A DNA stretch of 64,000 nucleotides from Octopus vulgaris (taxonomy: Eukaryota), in assembly GCA_951406725.2 (NCBI GenBank), contig OX597825.1, forward strand, positions 72,974,001 through 73,038,000. Reading direction: 5' to 3'. The translations under genes were made by a program, and so were the position numbers. The notes under the pieces are model-generated. The model did no database searches. It saw only the letters and a program-made list of their open reading frames with translations, and was not told the origin of the DNA. Below, one piece after another: positions 40,140 through 53,233 of the stretch (position 1 is its first letter; the number at the start of each line of letters is the position of its first letter).

Positions 40140-40460
40140 TAAAGGACCCCCTTTCAGTTATGACTGACCATGGGTTGCACCTAGAAAGTTCTCCTCTGAG
40201 GCAAGATCGTTTATGGAAGACCAGCAGTCGCCCATGCATACCAGCCTCTCCTCTCCTCACCACCGATGTTATCCAAGGGAAAGGCAAAGACCGATACAGT
40301 TTGGCACCAGTGATGTCACAACTCATTTCTACAGCTGAGTGAACTGGAGCTATGTGGAATAAAGTGTCTTGCTCAAGAACACAACACACACCCTGGTCTG
40401 GAAATTGAACTCACTACCTCGTGATTGTGAACCTGACACTCTGACCCATGTGCTTTCACC
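40140..40460 (-). mobile_element. SINE family E (also 47955-48280 +, with extra tail copies at 48505-48800)
   Basis: tRNA-like head and shared tail ...GCATGGGCGACTGCTGGTCTTCCATAAAC. Confidence 0.7.
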
Positions 40461-40477
40461 TACACATACATTCTGGG

Positions 40478-40744
40478 TATTAGCGCGCGTCTACGATGAG
40501 TCTACGATTTTAAAAAAAAATTTACCATAATTTTTTTCCATTTTAATGCATTTTTTCGCTATTATATAAGGGAAGTAACTCTCTAAAAATGTCTACGATG
40601 AGTCAACGATTTAAAAAAATTTTTCCCATTATTTTTTTCCCATTTTTAATGCATTTTTTTGCTATTTTTTGGCTATAACTCTCTAAAAATGCTTATATAG
40701 TTATTTCCCTTACAAACCCGAGCAACGCCGGGCGGTACTGCTAG
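40478..40744 (+). mobile_element. Helitron 3' part, same family as 11416-11925
   Basis: CTTACAAACCCGAGCAACGCCGGGCGGTACTGCTAG|T. Confidence 0.7.
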
Positions 40745-40758
40745 TATATATATAAATG

Positions 40759-40793
<35 letters not shown>

Positions 40794-41434
40794 GAGCAGG
40801 GATGGTTTTTTGGTGAATAGCTTGTTTCCTAAGGACATGGTTCTGGGTTCAGTCTCACTGCATGACAACTTGGGCAAGTGTCTTCTTCCATAGCTCTGGA
40901 CTAACCAAAGCCTTGTGAGGTGGATTTGGTAGACGAAAACTGAAAGACCGTCGTGTGTGTGTGTGTATGTGTGTGAGGGGGTGCGCTTATGCTTTTTAGC
41001 GACATCTCTTTCGGCTTTCCGTTCTGAGTTCAAATACTGCCGAGGCCATCTTTGCATCTAATCCTTTCGGGGTCAATAAAATAAATACCAGTTGAGTATT
41101 GAGGTTAATGTAAATCAAGTAGTCTCTTCTCAAATTTCACCCAAAATATTTCAATAAAGTTGTCTCCCTTTTGACTGGTCTTTCACAAGTCGTCTCCCTT
41201 GTATTAAAACTTCTCTTGCACAATAATTTAAAAATCAATTTGTATAATATTGCCAGAGTGGTTTCAATTTGTACATGTAACCGTTGTGGCGAAAATGTTA
41301 CATCATCTCTTATCTTAATTGTTAATTCTTATTCGTTTTGATGCTTCCTGAAATAAACTTACACTCGTGCAGGTATGGTTGCTAACGATGCTGTCAGCTC
41401 GCTGCCTTAAGTGTTATCATTATTACTATACAGA

Positions 41435-42335
41435 AGGCGGCGACATACTCAGCGTTCTGAGTTCAAATTCCACCGAGGTCGACTATGCCCTTCATCCTTT
41501 CGGGGTCGATCAAATAAGTACCAGTTACGCACTGTTGTTCGATATAATTGACTTAATCCGTTTGTCCTTGTTTGTCCCCTCTGTGTGTAGCCCCTTGTGG
41601 GCAGTAAATAAATAAGAAACGTTAGCACACTGGGTGAAATGTTTAGTGGTGTTTCATCTGAGGTCAACTTTGCCTTTCATCCTTTCGGTGTCGATAAATT
41701 AAGTACCAGTTGTGTACTGAGGTCGATCTAATTCCCCCAAAGTTCGGGCCTTGTGCCTAGAGTAGAAAAGATTGTTATTATACATGTGAAGGCCGCGAGC
41801 TGACATGCCGGGCCGAATGCTTAGCAGTATTTCGTCTGTCTCTATGTTCTGAGTTCAAATTCTGCCGAGGTCGATTTTGCTTTTCATCCTTTCAGGGTCG
41901 ATAAGTACCAGTTAGTTGTGTACTGGGGGTCGATCTAATCCACTGACCCCCACCTTCCAAAAAATTTCAGGCCTTGTGCCTAGAGTAGGAAAGAATCGTT
42001 AGCACACTGGGCAAAATGCTTAGCAGTATTTCATCTGTCCTTACGTTCTGAGTTCAAATTCCGCTGAGGTCGACTTTGCCTTTCATCCTTTCAGAGTTGA
42101 TAAATTAAGTTGATGTGATCGACTAGTCCCCTCCCCCAAAATTTCAGGCCTTGTGCCTTTAGTAGAAAGGGTTATTACTATATGTGCCAAGTTGGTGAGG
42201 TAGCAGAATTGTTAAAAAATCAGATGAAATACTTGGTGTTATTGCATCAATTTTCACATTCTGAGTTCAATTTCCGCTGAGGTCAATTGGAGGTTGATAA
42301 AATAAGCACCAGTCAAGCACTGGGGTCGATTTAAT
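41435..42335 (+). mobile_element. Head-to-tail array of SINE family D units
   Basis: Repeated GAGTTCAAATTCCGCCGAGGTCGACTTTGCCTTTCATCCTTTCGGGGTCGATAAATTAAGTACCAG (B-box plus a segment recalled as Meta-domain-like). Confidence 0.75.
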
Positions 42336-43021
42336 CGACTTTTCCGTGCAGGTGGCACGTAAAAAGCACCCACTACACTCACGGAGTGGTTGGCGTTAGG
42401 AAGGGCATCCAGCTGTAGAAACATTTCCAGATTAGACTGGAGCCTGGTGCAGCCTTCTGGCTTCCCAAAACCCCGGTCGAACCGTCCAACCCATGCTAGC
42501 ATGGAGAACGGACGTTAAACGATGATGATGATGATGATGATGATCCCTTCCCCATAATATGCCATGAGCCAAAATTTGATGTGTTTTTCTTTATTATACA
42601 AATTACAATTTTTATATTTATTGGAACATGACACGTATGACATGGTGGACGAAAGAAGAAAAAACGGAAAACAGGAAAAAAGAAAAAACATCAATTCAGC
42701 ACCAAGTACCTCAATTGGTCGCACACCACAAGTTTCAAGCTACATGCCAGTGTATAAGATGTGCTTTTTTCATATTCTTAAGCGTAAAAATTGCCATGCA
42801 TCTAATGTGACTGTAATACAAGATGAAACATTAAATTTGTTTTTACCTCAAAAGCAAGTAGGAGTTTTTCGTCTGTGAATGTGCATCCTATTAAGATACT
42901 GGCAACTACAGTATTTTCATCTCCCAACTTTTATCTCCAGGCCCAGCCCATGTCAGCGTGAAAGATTGATGGCAAAAGATGATCTATGCTTAATCCATTT
43001 CTTTGTTGTCTGTATTTGTAG

Positions 43022-43158
43022 GGTCAAAATAAGATCATATGCACTGAATGGGTTTTGGACCTGGTTAATTTAGAAGAACTGAAGCTCAACAGCAATTTAA
43101 TTGAGACAACTAGTGGCTTTAATGCCGAGATGAAGAAACTGAAATATGTTGACCTGAG
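43022..43158 (+). CDS. LRRC23: LRRC23 coding exon 5
   Basis: TTGTAG|GQNKIICTEWVLDLVNLEELKLNSNLIETTSGFNAEMKKLKYVDLR|GTAGGT; resembles SGFSREMKSLQYLNLR of vertebrate LRRC23 (recalled). Confidence 0.93.
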
Positions 43159-43414
43159 GTAGGTTTTCTAGTGGACTGTTTAGCCTATTGGTTTGTCTTT
43201 TCATAGTTTCTTACTTTTAAACTATGAAATATCAACATCTTCCACACACACACACGCACATGAGCGTGCACACACACACAGGGTTCTGACTGACACAGAT
43301 ATACCAAACACCTTTGACCTCCTTCACACCTTTAACCTTTGACCTCTGTCTTCCCTTCAATCCCATCCACACATTAATTCAGATTCTTGATGTACAGTAA
43401 TGTCTTGATATAGG

Positions 43415-44050
43415 AATCGTTAGCACACCAGGTGAAATGCTTAGCGGTATTTCGTCTGCTGCGAGGGTGGCGAGGTGGCAGAACCGTTAGCACGCCGGGC
43501 AAAATGCTTTGTGGTATTTCGTCCGCCGCTGCGTTCTGAGTTCAAATTTTGCCGAGGTCGACTTTACCTTTCATCCTTTCAGGGTCGATAAATTAAGGAC
43601 CAGTTGAGCACTGGGGTTGATATAATCGACTTAATCTGTTTGTCTGTCCTTGTTTGTCCTCTCTGTGTTTAGCCCCTTGTGGGTAGTAAAGAAATGGGTA
43701 TTTCAACTTCAGTTTCGTTTTGAGTTCAAATTCCGCCGAGGTCAACTTTGCCTTTCATCCTTTCGGGGTTGATGAAATAAGTACCAGTTACACACTGGGG
43801 TCAATGTAATCGACTTAGCCCCTTTGTCTGTCATTCTTTGTCCCCTCTGTGTTTAGCCCCTTGTGGGTAGTAAAGAAATAGGTATTTCGTCTGCCGCTAC
43901 ATTCTGAGTTCAAATTCCGCCGAGGTCAACTTTGCCTTTCATCCTTTCGGGGGTCGATTAAATAAGTACCAGTTATGCACTTAGTCCCTTTGTCTGTCAT
44001 TCTTTGTCCCCTCTATGCTTAGCCCCTTGTGGGCAATACAGAATTAGATA
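43415..44050 (+). mobile_element. Tandem SINE family D array (~3 units)
   Basis: Same unit as 41435-42335. Confidence 0.75.
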
Positions 44051-44641
44051 TAGGAGTTAATTCGGCCCTGGGGAACGCTTTTAAAGCAAAAGCTCATAAG
44101 CGAGTTATTACTGTATTTCCATCGCAATTTTAACAAGAGTAAAGATTAAAATATTCAGATGGGAGATAAATGAAAGCAAACAAGGATGACGGTGTGGGTG
44201 GGGGTAATCTTGTATTTTAATCTTTGACTGGTCACTAATTTATATTTAGATACTGATCCAAATAGTTTGACCTTTGACCCCTCCCCACCTCCAAAAAGAA
44301 ATTTTTCATAGGCATAGGTATGGCTATGTGATTAAGAGCCTTGCTTTACAACCACGGGATCTAGTTCTGCCAGGAAAAATAATGATTTTAGATTTTAGCA
44401 CAAGGCCAGCAATTTTTTTTTTTTTTTTTTGGGAGAAGGGGTTAAGTTGATTACATCGATCCCCAGTATGCAACTGGTACTTATTTTACCGACCCCCAAA
44501 AGCACGAATGGCAAAGTTGGCCTTAGTGGGATTTGAACCCAGAACGGGAAGATGGAGAAGATGCTGTTAAGTGTTTTGCCCGGTGTGCTAACGATTCTGC
44601 CAGCTCGCCACCTTGATTTAGGAAAATAATAACATGTTTTT

Positions 44642-44992
44642 GGTCAATGCTTGGTATCTCGTTGAGAGAGCACATAAGTAGCAAGATCATCAGAAAGAAG
44701 TCCGGCGTGAGAGATGTCATCGCAGAGTATACACGCAGCAAGTATAGATGGGCTGCACACGTCGCCCGGCTCACCGATAATCGGTGGACGCACGCAGTTG
44801 TTGAGTGGTACCCGTGTGAGCGGAAAAGACCACCCGGAAGACCTCCACGACGGTGGAATTACGATTTCAGGAGGACGATTGGGATCACGTGGATGAGAAA
44901 GGCGCGATCCAGAGAGGAGTGGACAGCGTGCTGTGACCAGCGGTGTCAAATGGACGCCTGACGGACTGGTCAGTCAAAGTCAAGTCAAAGTC
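44642..44992 (+). mobile_element. Young 5'-truncated RTE LINE with 14-bp TSD AATAACATGTTTTT
   Basis: Uninterrupted ORF end KYRWAAHVARLTDNRWT..VVEWYP..KRPPGRPPRRW; (AAGTC)n tail; TSD at 44628-44641 and 44993-45006. Confidence 0.9.
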
Positions 44993-45249
44993 AATAACAT
45001 GTTTTTACAAATATACAAATGAGAAATTTGTTTTAATTTTATTTTAAGGTAATAAATATGTTTCTTTTGATAATTAATATTTATTTCATCTTTCTCTTGC
45101 TTTCTCTCTGTCTCAACCTCTCTCTCTCTCTTTCCCTTTTTCTATCTCTATCTTTCTCTCTCTCTCTCCCTTTTCTCTCTCTGTCTCTTTTTCTCTCTTT
45201 GTCTCTTTCCCTTTCTCTCTCTCTCTCCCTCTCTCTCTTTCTCTCTCTG

Positions 45250-45289
<40 letters not shown>

Positions 45290-45550
45290 CCTTTCTCTCT
45301 TTGTGTCTCTTTCTCTCCCTCTTTCTCTCTCTCTTTCCCTTTTCTCTCTCTGTCTCTTTTTCTCTCTCTCTCTGTCTCCCTTTCTCTCTTTGTGTCTCCT
45401 TCTTTCCTTCTTTCTCTCTGTCTCCTTCTCTCTCTACCTCTCTCTCTTTCTATATATCTCTCTTACTATTTCCCTCTTTGCCTTTTTCTCTCTCCCTTTC
45501 TCTCTTCCTTTCTCTCACTCTCCCCATTCTCTCTCTCTTCTTCCATTCAG

Positions 45551-45627
45551 AGAGAATAGAATAGCACAGTACTTTGACCTGACCCAAATGTCTACTCTGC
45601 CACAACTGAAGACCTTAATGCTGAGTG
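45551..45627 (+). CDS. LRRC23: LRRC23 coding exon 6
   Basis: TTCAG|ENRIAQYFDLTQMSTLPQLKTLMLS|GTGAGT; phases 2/1 consistent. Confidence 0.9.
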
Positions 45628-45902
45628 GTGAGTCCTTATATTTCACTTCTTATCAAATCACAAACCAAGACCTTGAATAGCTTTAGCCAAACAAATCAAT
45701 CCCCTTTCACCAATACCTATTTGTAAGCCTGGTACTTAGTCTATCAATCTATTTCTGCTGAACTACCAAGTTGCAGGGATGTCAACAAACCAACACTTGT
45801 TACCAAGAGATGGTTGGGGAACCAATACAAGCACATATATGCATATACATACGTACATACAGAAATACACACACTCATATATATATACATATATATATAT
45901 AT

Positions 45903-46406
45903 AGGTACAGGAATGGCTGTGTGGTAAGTAGCTTGCTTACCAACCACATGGTTCCGGGTTCATTCCCACTGCGTGGCACCTTGGGCAAGTGTCTTCTACT
46001 ATAGCCTCGGGCTGATCAAAGCCTTGTGAGTGGATTTGGTAGACGGAAACTGAAAGAAACCCGTTGTATCATCATCATCATCATCATCATCATCGTTTAA
46101 TGTCCGCTTTCCATGCTAGCATGGGTTGGACGGTTCAACTGGGGTCTGGGAAGCCCGAAGGCTGCACCAGGCCAGTCAGATCTGGAAGTGTTTCTACAGC
46201 TGGATGCCCTTCCTAACGCCAACCACTCCGAGAGTGTAGTGGGTGATTTTATGTGCCACCGACACAGGTGCCAGACGAGGCTGGCGAACGGCCATGCTTG
46301 GATGGTGTTTTTTATGTGCCACCGACACAGGTGCCAGATGAGGCTGGCGAACGGCCACACTCGGATGGTGTTTTTTATGTGCCACCGACGCAGGTGCCAC
46401 ACGAGG

Positions 46407-46443
<37 letters not shown>

Positions 46444-46580
46444 TGTATGTGTGTGTATATGTTTGTGTGTCTGTGTTTGTCCCCCCAACATCGCTTGACA
46501 ACTGATGGCGGTATGTTTATGTCCCCGTAAGTTAGTGGTTCGGCAAAAGAGACTGATGGAATAAGTACTAGGCTTACAAA
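45903..46580 (+). mobile_element. SINE family A with a nested family C element (46070-46410) in its internal microsatellite
   Basis: A head at 45903-46068, then C, then the A 3' half resumes near 46445. Confidence 0.8.
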
Positions 46581-47221
46581 GCAGATGTACACAAAGTACA
46601 ATCATTGCTAGAAATAGCAGCCAGTAAGCTATTGGCACTATGTAGAGCTTCACTGAGTGTTTACAGGCAGAGATGTTTGTGGGTGGTGAATATAGGAAAA
46701 TTCTCCCACCTTCCACCTCTACTACTATGACTCCCTACTAGCCTCATTAATAACCCCTAACCCTGAAATTTATTTTCTCTTCCTCTTACTCTCTATCTAA
46801 ATAGACTGTGGCCATGCTGGAGCACTGCCTTTAGTCGAGCAAATCGACCCCGGGACTTATTCTTTGTAAGCCCAGTACTTATTCTATCGGTCTCTTTTGC
46901 CGAACCGCTAAGTGACGGGGACATAAACACACCAGCATCAGTTGTCAAGCAATGCCAGGGGGACAAACACAGACACACATACATATATATATATACATAT
47001 ATACGACAGGCTTCTTTCAGTTTCCGTCTACCAAATCCACTCACAAGGCATTGGTTGGCCTGAGGCTATAGTAGAAGACACTTGCCCAAGATGCCACGCA
47101 GTGGGACTGAACCCGGAACCATGTGGTTGGTTAGCAAGCTACTTACCACACAGCCACTCCTGTGCCTATTTACTACATATTTTTCTCAAAAACATTTAAT
47201 TTGCTTATTTTTGGAATCCAG

Positions 47222-47364
47222 AAAATCCCATAGCTATGGATGACGAATTCCGTATTGAAGTTCTGAATGTCTTGAAGACTCTCACAGTCTTGGATGAAGA
47301 GGAAGTTACTGATGAAGAGCAAGCAGACGCAAGGGACCTTGCCAGGCAGCGCCGTAATTCTGAG
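47222..47364 (+). CDS. LRRC23: LRRC23 coding exon 7 (LRR cap)
   Basis: CCAG|NPIAMDDEFRIEVLNVLKTLTVLDEEEVTDEEQADARDLARQRRNSE|GTATTG; NP..(Y/F)R..V...L..L..LD LRRcap motif. Confidence 0.93.
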
Positions 47365-47607
47365 GTATTGTGGTTCTTTTAAGCCTGTGATTGATAATAT
47401 TTTCCAAATAGAGTTCTTCCATTGTTATTTAGTTCCAAGATTAGTTGTCAATGATTGGTTGATAAGGTGAGATGGTAAAGAAGGAGAGAGGGAGAGAGAA
47501 AAAAGGAGAAAGAGAGATGGTGAGATGTGTCAGAGGGAGAGCGAATAAGAGAGAAAGAGAAAGTGAGAGACTGAGAAAGAAAGATAGACAAAAATAGAGA
47601 GAGAGAG

Positions 47608-47665
<58 letters not shown>

Positions 47666-49800
47666 GAGATGACAAAATTTTAGAGAGACATAAATTGTCA
47701 GAGATATAACAAAATGTAAGAATGATATATGAGAAGCCAACAGAGAGAGAGAGAGAGCGTGAGAGAGAGAGAGAGCGTGAGAGAGAGAGAGAGAGCGTGA
47801 GAGAGAGAGAGAGAGTGAGAGAGAGAGTGAGTGAAAGAGTGAGAGAGTGAGTGAGAGAGATGTACAATAATCACATCATGTCTATTTTTATAAATCCTTA
47901 TCATCAGGGGAACTATTTTGAGGGGAGGGGCTAGTTGATTGCATCAATCCCTCTACTTTGGCTTAGTGGTTAGAACATTGAACTTTAATCATGAGGTAGT
48001 GAGTTTGATTCTCGGACTGGGCTGTGTGTTGTGCTCTTTATTTCATGTTGCTTCAGTTCACTCAGTTGTAGAAATGAGTTGCGACGTCACAGGTGCCAGG
48101 CTGTATTGGCCCCTTTGCCTTTCCCTTGGATAACATCAGTGGTGTGGAGAGGAGAGGTTGGTATGCATGGGCGACTGCTGGTCTTCCATAAACAACCTTG
48201 CTCGGACTTGTGCCTGGGAGAGTAACTTTCTAGGTGCAATCCCACGTCCATTCATGACCAATGGGGGTCTTTACCCTTTATATATATATATTTCTTTACT
48301 ATCCACAAGGGGCTAAACATAGAGGGGACAAAGGGATTAAGTCGATTACATCGATCCCAGTGCGAAATTGGTACTTTATTTATCGACCCCGAAAGGATGA
48401 AAGGCAAAGTCTACCTCAGCGGAATTTGAACTCAGACCGTAACGTCAGACGAACTACCACTAAGCATTTCGCCCGGCGCGCTAACGTTTCTGCCAGTACA
48501 TATAATGGTATGGAGAGGGGAAGCTGGTATACATGGCAACTGCTGGTCTTCCCAAAACAACCTTGCCCAGAATTGTACCTTGGAGGGGAACTTTCTAGGT
48601 GCAATCTCATGGTCATCCATGACCAAAGGGTTCTTTAACCTTTATATAGATGTACATATGATGGTGTGGAGAGGTGAAATTGGTGTGCATGGGTGACTGC
48701 TGGTCTTCCATAAAACGACCTTGCCTGGACTTGTCCCTCAGAGAAGAACTTTCTGGTGCAATTCTGTGGTCATTCATGACCAAAGGGGGTGTTTATACTT
48801 TTTTAGTCCCAGAAGGAGGACAAAATGCTGTTTGGATCTTGGCTGGATTTGAACTCTGAATATAATGAATTTGAAAGCATTTTATCTGATGCTCTAATGA
48901 TTCTGCTATGATTCTTTCTGCCTTAGGTATAAGGGCTGAAATTATGTGTGTGTGTGGGGGGGATAATTGGTTACAGGGACCCTGGTGCTTATTTTTTGAC
49001 TTTGAAAGGATGGAAAATAAAATTGACCCTGGCCCTAATCATTTTGTCCGGTGTACTAATGATTTTGCCAGCTTGTTGCTTTTAATGATTTGAAATTTTA
49101 GCACAAGGCCAGCAATTTCAGGGAAAGGGATAAGTCAATTACATCAACCCCCAATACTCAACTGCTACTTATTTTGCTGGCCCTGAAAATATGAAAGGCA
49201 AAGTTGACCTCAGTGGAATTTTAGCGCAGAATATAAAGATGGATAAAACAATTCCGTCATGATAATAATAGTTTCAATTTTTTGGTACAAAGACAGTAAT
49301 TTGTAGGTAGAGGGGTTTAGTTGATTACATCGACCCCAGTACACAACTAGTACTTATTTTATTGACCCTGAAAGGATGAAAGGCAAAGTTGAACTTGGTT
49401 GTATTTGAACTCCAAATGTAAAGAACTAGAAGAAATGGTGCTTGGCATTTTTTTTTGTTTTGGTATGCAAATGATTCTGCTGCTTCACTGCCTTAGCAAT
49501 AGTAGTAGTAGTGGTGGTGGTGGTGGTGGTAGTAGTAGTAGTAGTTGTTGTAATGATAGTTTTAAATTTTGACACAAGGCCAGCAATTTTGGTTGATGAC
49601 ATTGACCCCATTGTTTGATTAATGCTTATTTAATCAACCCTGAAAGCATTAAAGGTAAAGTTGACCATGGCAGGACTTGAACTCAGAACATAAAGACAGA
49701 CAACATGCCTCTAAAGTGTTTATCTGGTGTGTTAATGATTGTGCCAGCTTGCTGCCTTAAATAATGTTAATAACAACAAGAATAACAATACCAACAACAA

Positions 49801-50815
49801 GGGCACTCAGAGAGCGCAAACCTCCACCAAGGCAATACCAATGTCCTCTCAACGATTAGCTGGAGAGGCTTTTTAAAATGAGAATATCTGAAATAAACTC
49901 GATTGCTCTCATAAATGAGAATACTAAAAATGAAACTGACCACTCTCAAGAATTAAGTAAGAAAACAGGAAAAATAATCCAGAATCCTTGTTTGGTATCT
50001 GATCGATCCCAATGGTAGTCATGGAATGTGAGGTGCATGTGTGGGCCGTGTTTGTATTGCTGTGTGTCTCTTCTACATTAGGAACAGGGACAGTTTTCTC
50101 TATGAAGGCCTTTTTTAGTCTATCCATTGATATAGTGTCTTTATGACCATTAAGGTCTATAGAGAAAAATTTATCCATGCATGAAAGAAAATGGAAAGGA
50201 CCTGCATACGGTGCTGTTAACGGAGGTTTAACAACAACGTTGCACACAAAAACGTGAGTCCAAGAAGTAAAACTTCGTTCAAGGTAGAGCTAGAGATGCA
50301 ATTGTCAAGTAGGTAAGAGGTTTTAAACAGGAGCAATATATTCAAAATTAGTAAAACTAAAAATTGTCAAGGATAAATTAAATTTATTATTATTACTGAA
50401 TATGTTAGCGTTATTTAATTTCCGAATGGTTTTGCTGCCGTTTGTGTATGTAGTTTGATTTCTTTATGCATCAGTTTCTACTAAGATAGAGATGTGAGTA
50501 AAATTAATAATAGAAAAACAAAAACAGCAATGCTCCCATAACTTACATGGAAACCATGAGCCATGCTTTCAAGGGAGATAATCAGAGAAAGACTTGAAAG
50601 TTAACATAAGATTGTAATACTTCATGTAAAGTAAGGTAAATATAACAAATAATCCAGAATCTTTGTCCAGTACTGGATTGATCCCAAAATCTAATTAAGT
50701 TCGTGCCAGTCTTGAGGCCAAACATCCCTGAAAGTTTCATCTGAATCCATGCAGCAGACAAACAAACAAACACAACTGAAAACAATACCTCCGCCTTCGT
50801 TAAGGCGAAGGTAAT
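49801..50815 (-). mobile_element. Non-autonomous DNA-type element with ends ATTACCTTCGCC... and ...GGAGGTTTGCGCTCTCTGAGTGCCC (partial copy at 11270-11375)
   Basis: Terminal hairpin ACCTCCGCCTT..AAGGCG(G/A)AGGT seen at both loci; superfamily uncertain. Confidence 0.45.
50030..50265 (-). mobile_element. Gypsy LTR-retrotransposon integrase C-terminal fragment
   Basis: THVFV..VVKPPLTAPYAGPF...DKFFSIDLNGHKDTISMDRLKKAF (GPY/F module). Confidence 0.75.
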
Positions 50816-51524
50816 AATTCTTTCTGTTATAGACTCAAGGCCTGAAATTTTGGGGGAAGGGAGTAGTCGATTACATCGAGCCCTGTGTTTCACTAGTACT
50901 TAATTTATCAACCCTGAAAGCATGAAAGGCAAAGTCAACCTTGGTGGAATTTAAACTCAGAGCGCAAAGACGGATGAAATGCCACAAAGCATTTTGCCCG
51001 GTATTTCTCTTTCTCTTTTACTTGTTTCAGTCATTTGACTGCGGCCATGCTGGAGCACCGCCTTTACTCGAGCAACTCGACCCCGGGACTTATTCTTTTG
51101 TAAGCCCAGTACTTATTCTATCGGTCTCTTTTGCCGAACTGCTAAGTAACGGGGACATAAACACACCAGCATCGGTTGTCAAGCAATGCTAGGGGGACAA
51201 ACACAGATACACAAACACACACACGCATATATATATATATATACATATATACGACGGGCTTCTTTCAGTTTCCGTCTACCAAATCCACTCACAAGGCCCG
51301 AGGCTATAGTAGAAGACACTTGCCCAAGGTGCCACGCAGTGGGACTGAACCTGGAACCATGTGGTTGGTAAACAAGCTACTTACTACACAGCCACTCCTC
51401 TAATGACTCTGCCAGCTCGCTACCTTACATAATTATAATAATTATAATAATGATAATTATAATGATAATAATGATAAATTAAAATAATAACAATAACAAT
51501 AATAATTCTGCTTTCTTTATTCAG

Positions 51525-51554
51525 CTGTTACCACCTGAAGGGATTCTTTCCTAG
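51525..51554 (+). CDS. LRRC23: LRRC23 probable terminal coding exon 8 (LLPPEGILS*)
   Basis: Strong acceptor CTTTCTTTATTCAG, phase 0, stop TAG at 51552; unique AT-rich 3'UTR follows. Confidence 0.65.
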   Translation: MLPPEGILS

Positions 51555-51819
51555 TCCACTTGTCTGGCTGGCACCAACCCTCTTCACTGATGGCACCAAA
51601 TACAACTCCAGGAATGTTTCTGTCGTATTTATATTGTATTGATAAGATAATGATCTAATATTGATACAATATTGCTGTGGATATTGAAAATGTATTGATT
51701 TGTTGATTTAAAACTGAAATATATAATGTTGATATAATATTTGTGCTTTTATGATGTAATACTTATGAAATATTGTTGTGATATTGGTGTAATATTGATG
51801 CGATATTATTTTTGAATAC

Positions 51820-51825
51820 AATAAA
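51820..51825 (+). terminator. Putative polyadenylation signal AATAAA of LRRC23
   Basis: AATAAA ~265 nt after the stop, followed by GT/T-rich sequence. Confidence 0.55.
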
Positions 51826-52522
51826 GGGGTTTAGTTCCTTGGTTGTGTCCTAAACCCAGACTTTGCTTACTTGCAATTTGTTATTTGTTGTAGTCTTGTT
51901 CTGTTTTTATTTCTTTATTTATCATCACAGTTAAATTCATCATCATCATCATCGTTTAACATCCGTTTTCCATGCTAGCATGGGTTCGACGGTTCGACTG
52001 GGGTCTGGGAAGCCAGGAGGCTGCACCAGGCTCCAGTCTGATCTGGCAGTGTTGCTACAGCTGGATGCCCTTCCTAATGCCAACCACTTCGTGGCTTGTG
52101 TTGGTCAACCCCATGCCACATGGTCATGGCAGATGAAGACGTATCTCTTGGAGAATCTGTCCAATGGGTTGCCTGGGAAAACCCAGGAATATATGGACAA
52201 ATGGCAAAGTGTTGCAAAGGGGGTATGCATACATGTTTGACCTAACGGTCAAGCTGTTATTCGTGAATTTTTTTGTTTCAGTCATTGGACTGCAGCCATG
52301 ATGAAGGATTTTAGTTGAACGAATTGACCATGGTACTTATTTATTTTTTAAAACTAGTATTTATTCTATTGGTCATTTTTGCTGACCTGCTAAGTTATAA
52401 TGTTGGGTGTCAAGCAGTGGTGGCAGACAAACATGACACAGACACAAAGGCACATGTATATATATGTGTGTATCTATATCTATCTATATATCTATATATC
52501 TATATCTACATATATATATATA

Positions 52523-52567
<45 letters not shown>

Positions 52568-52574
52568 ATATATA

Positions 52575-52658
<84 letters not shown>

Positions 52659-52666
52659 TATATATA

Positions 52667-53045
52667 GGCATAGGAGTGGCTGTGTGGTAAGTACCTTGCT
52701 TACTAACCACATGGTTCTGGGTTCAGTCTCACTGTGTGGCACCTTGGGCAAGTGTCTTCTACTATAGCCTCGGGCTGACCAAAGCCTTATGAGTGGATTT
52801 GGTAGACAGAAACTGAAAGAAGCCCGTTGTATATATATGTGTGTGTCTGTGTTTGTCCCCCAACATCGTTTGACAACCGATGTTGGTGTGTTTACATCCC
52901 CGTAACTTAGCAGTTTGGCAAAAGAGACCGATAGAATAAGTACTAGGCTTGCAAAGAATAAGTCCTGGGGTCGATTTGCTCGACTAAAGGTGGTGCTCCA
53001 GCATGGCCACAGTCAAATGACTGAAGCAAGTAAAAGAGTAAAAGA
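52667..53045 (+). mobile_element. SINE family A (other copies on - strand: 46805-47166, 51012-51399, 53933-54356, 55886-56314)
   Basis: Identity to other copies. Confidence 0.85.
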
Positions 53046-53198
53046 TATATATATATATATATAAAACTTAGATAAAACTTAGATATGTTTCGACCAGAGA
53101 TTGGTCCAGGCCATGTCTAACTTAATAGCACCACCTGATATATATATATATATATATCTAATTATCTGTCTCTCTCTATATATATCTATATATATCTA

Positions 53199-53233
<35 letters not shown>

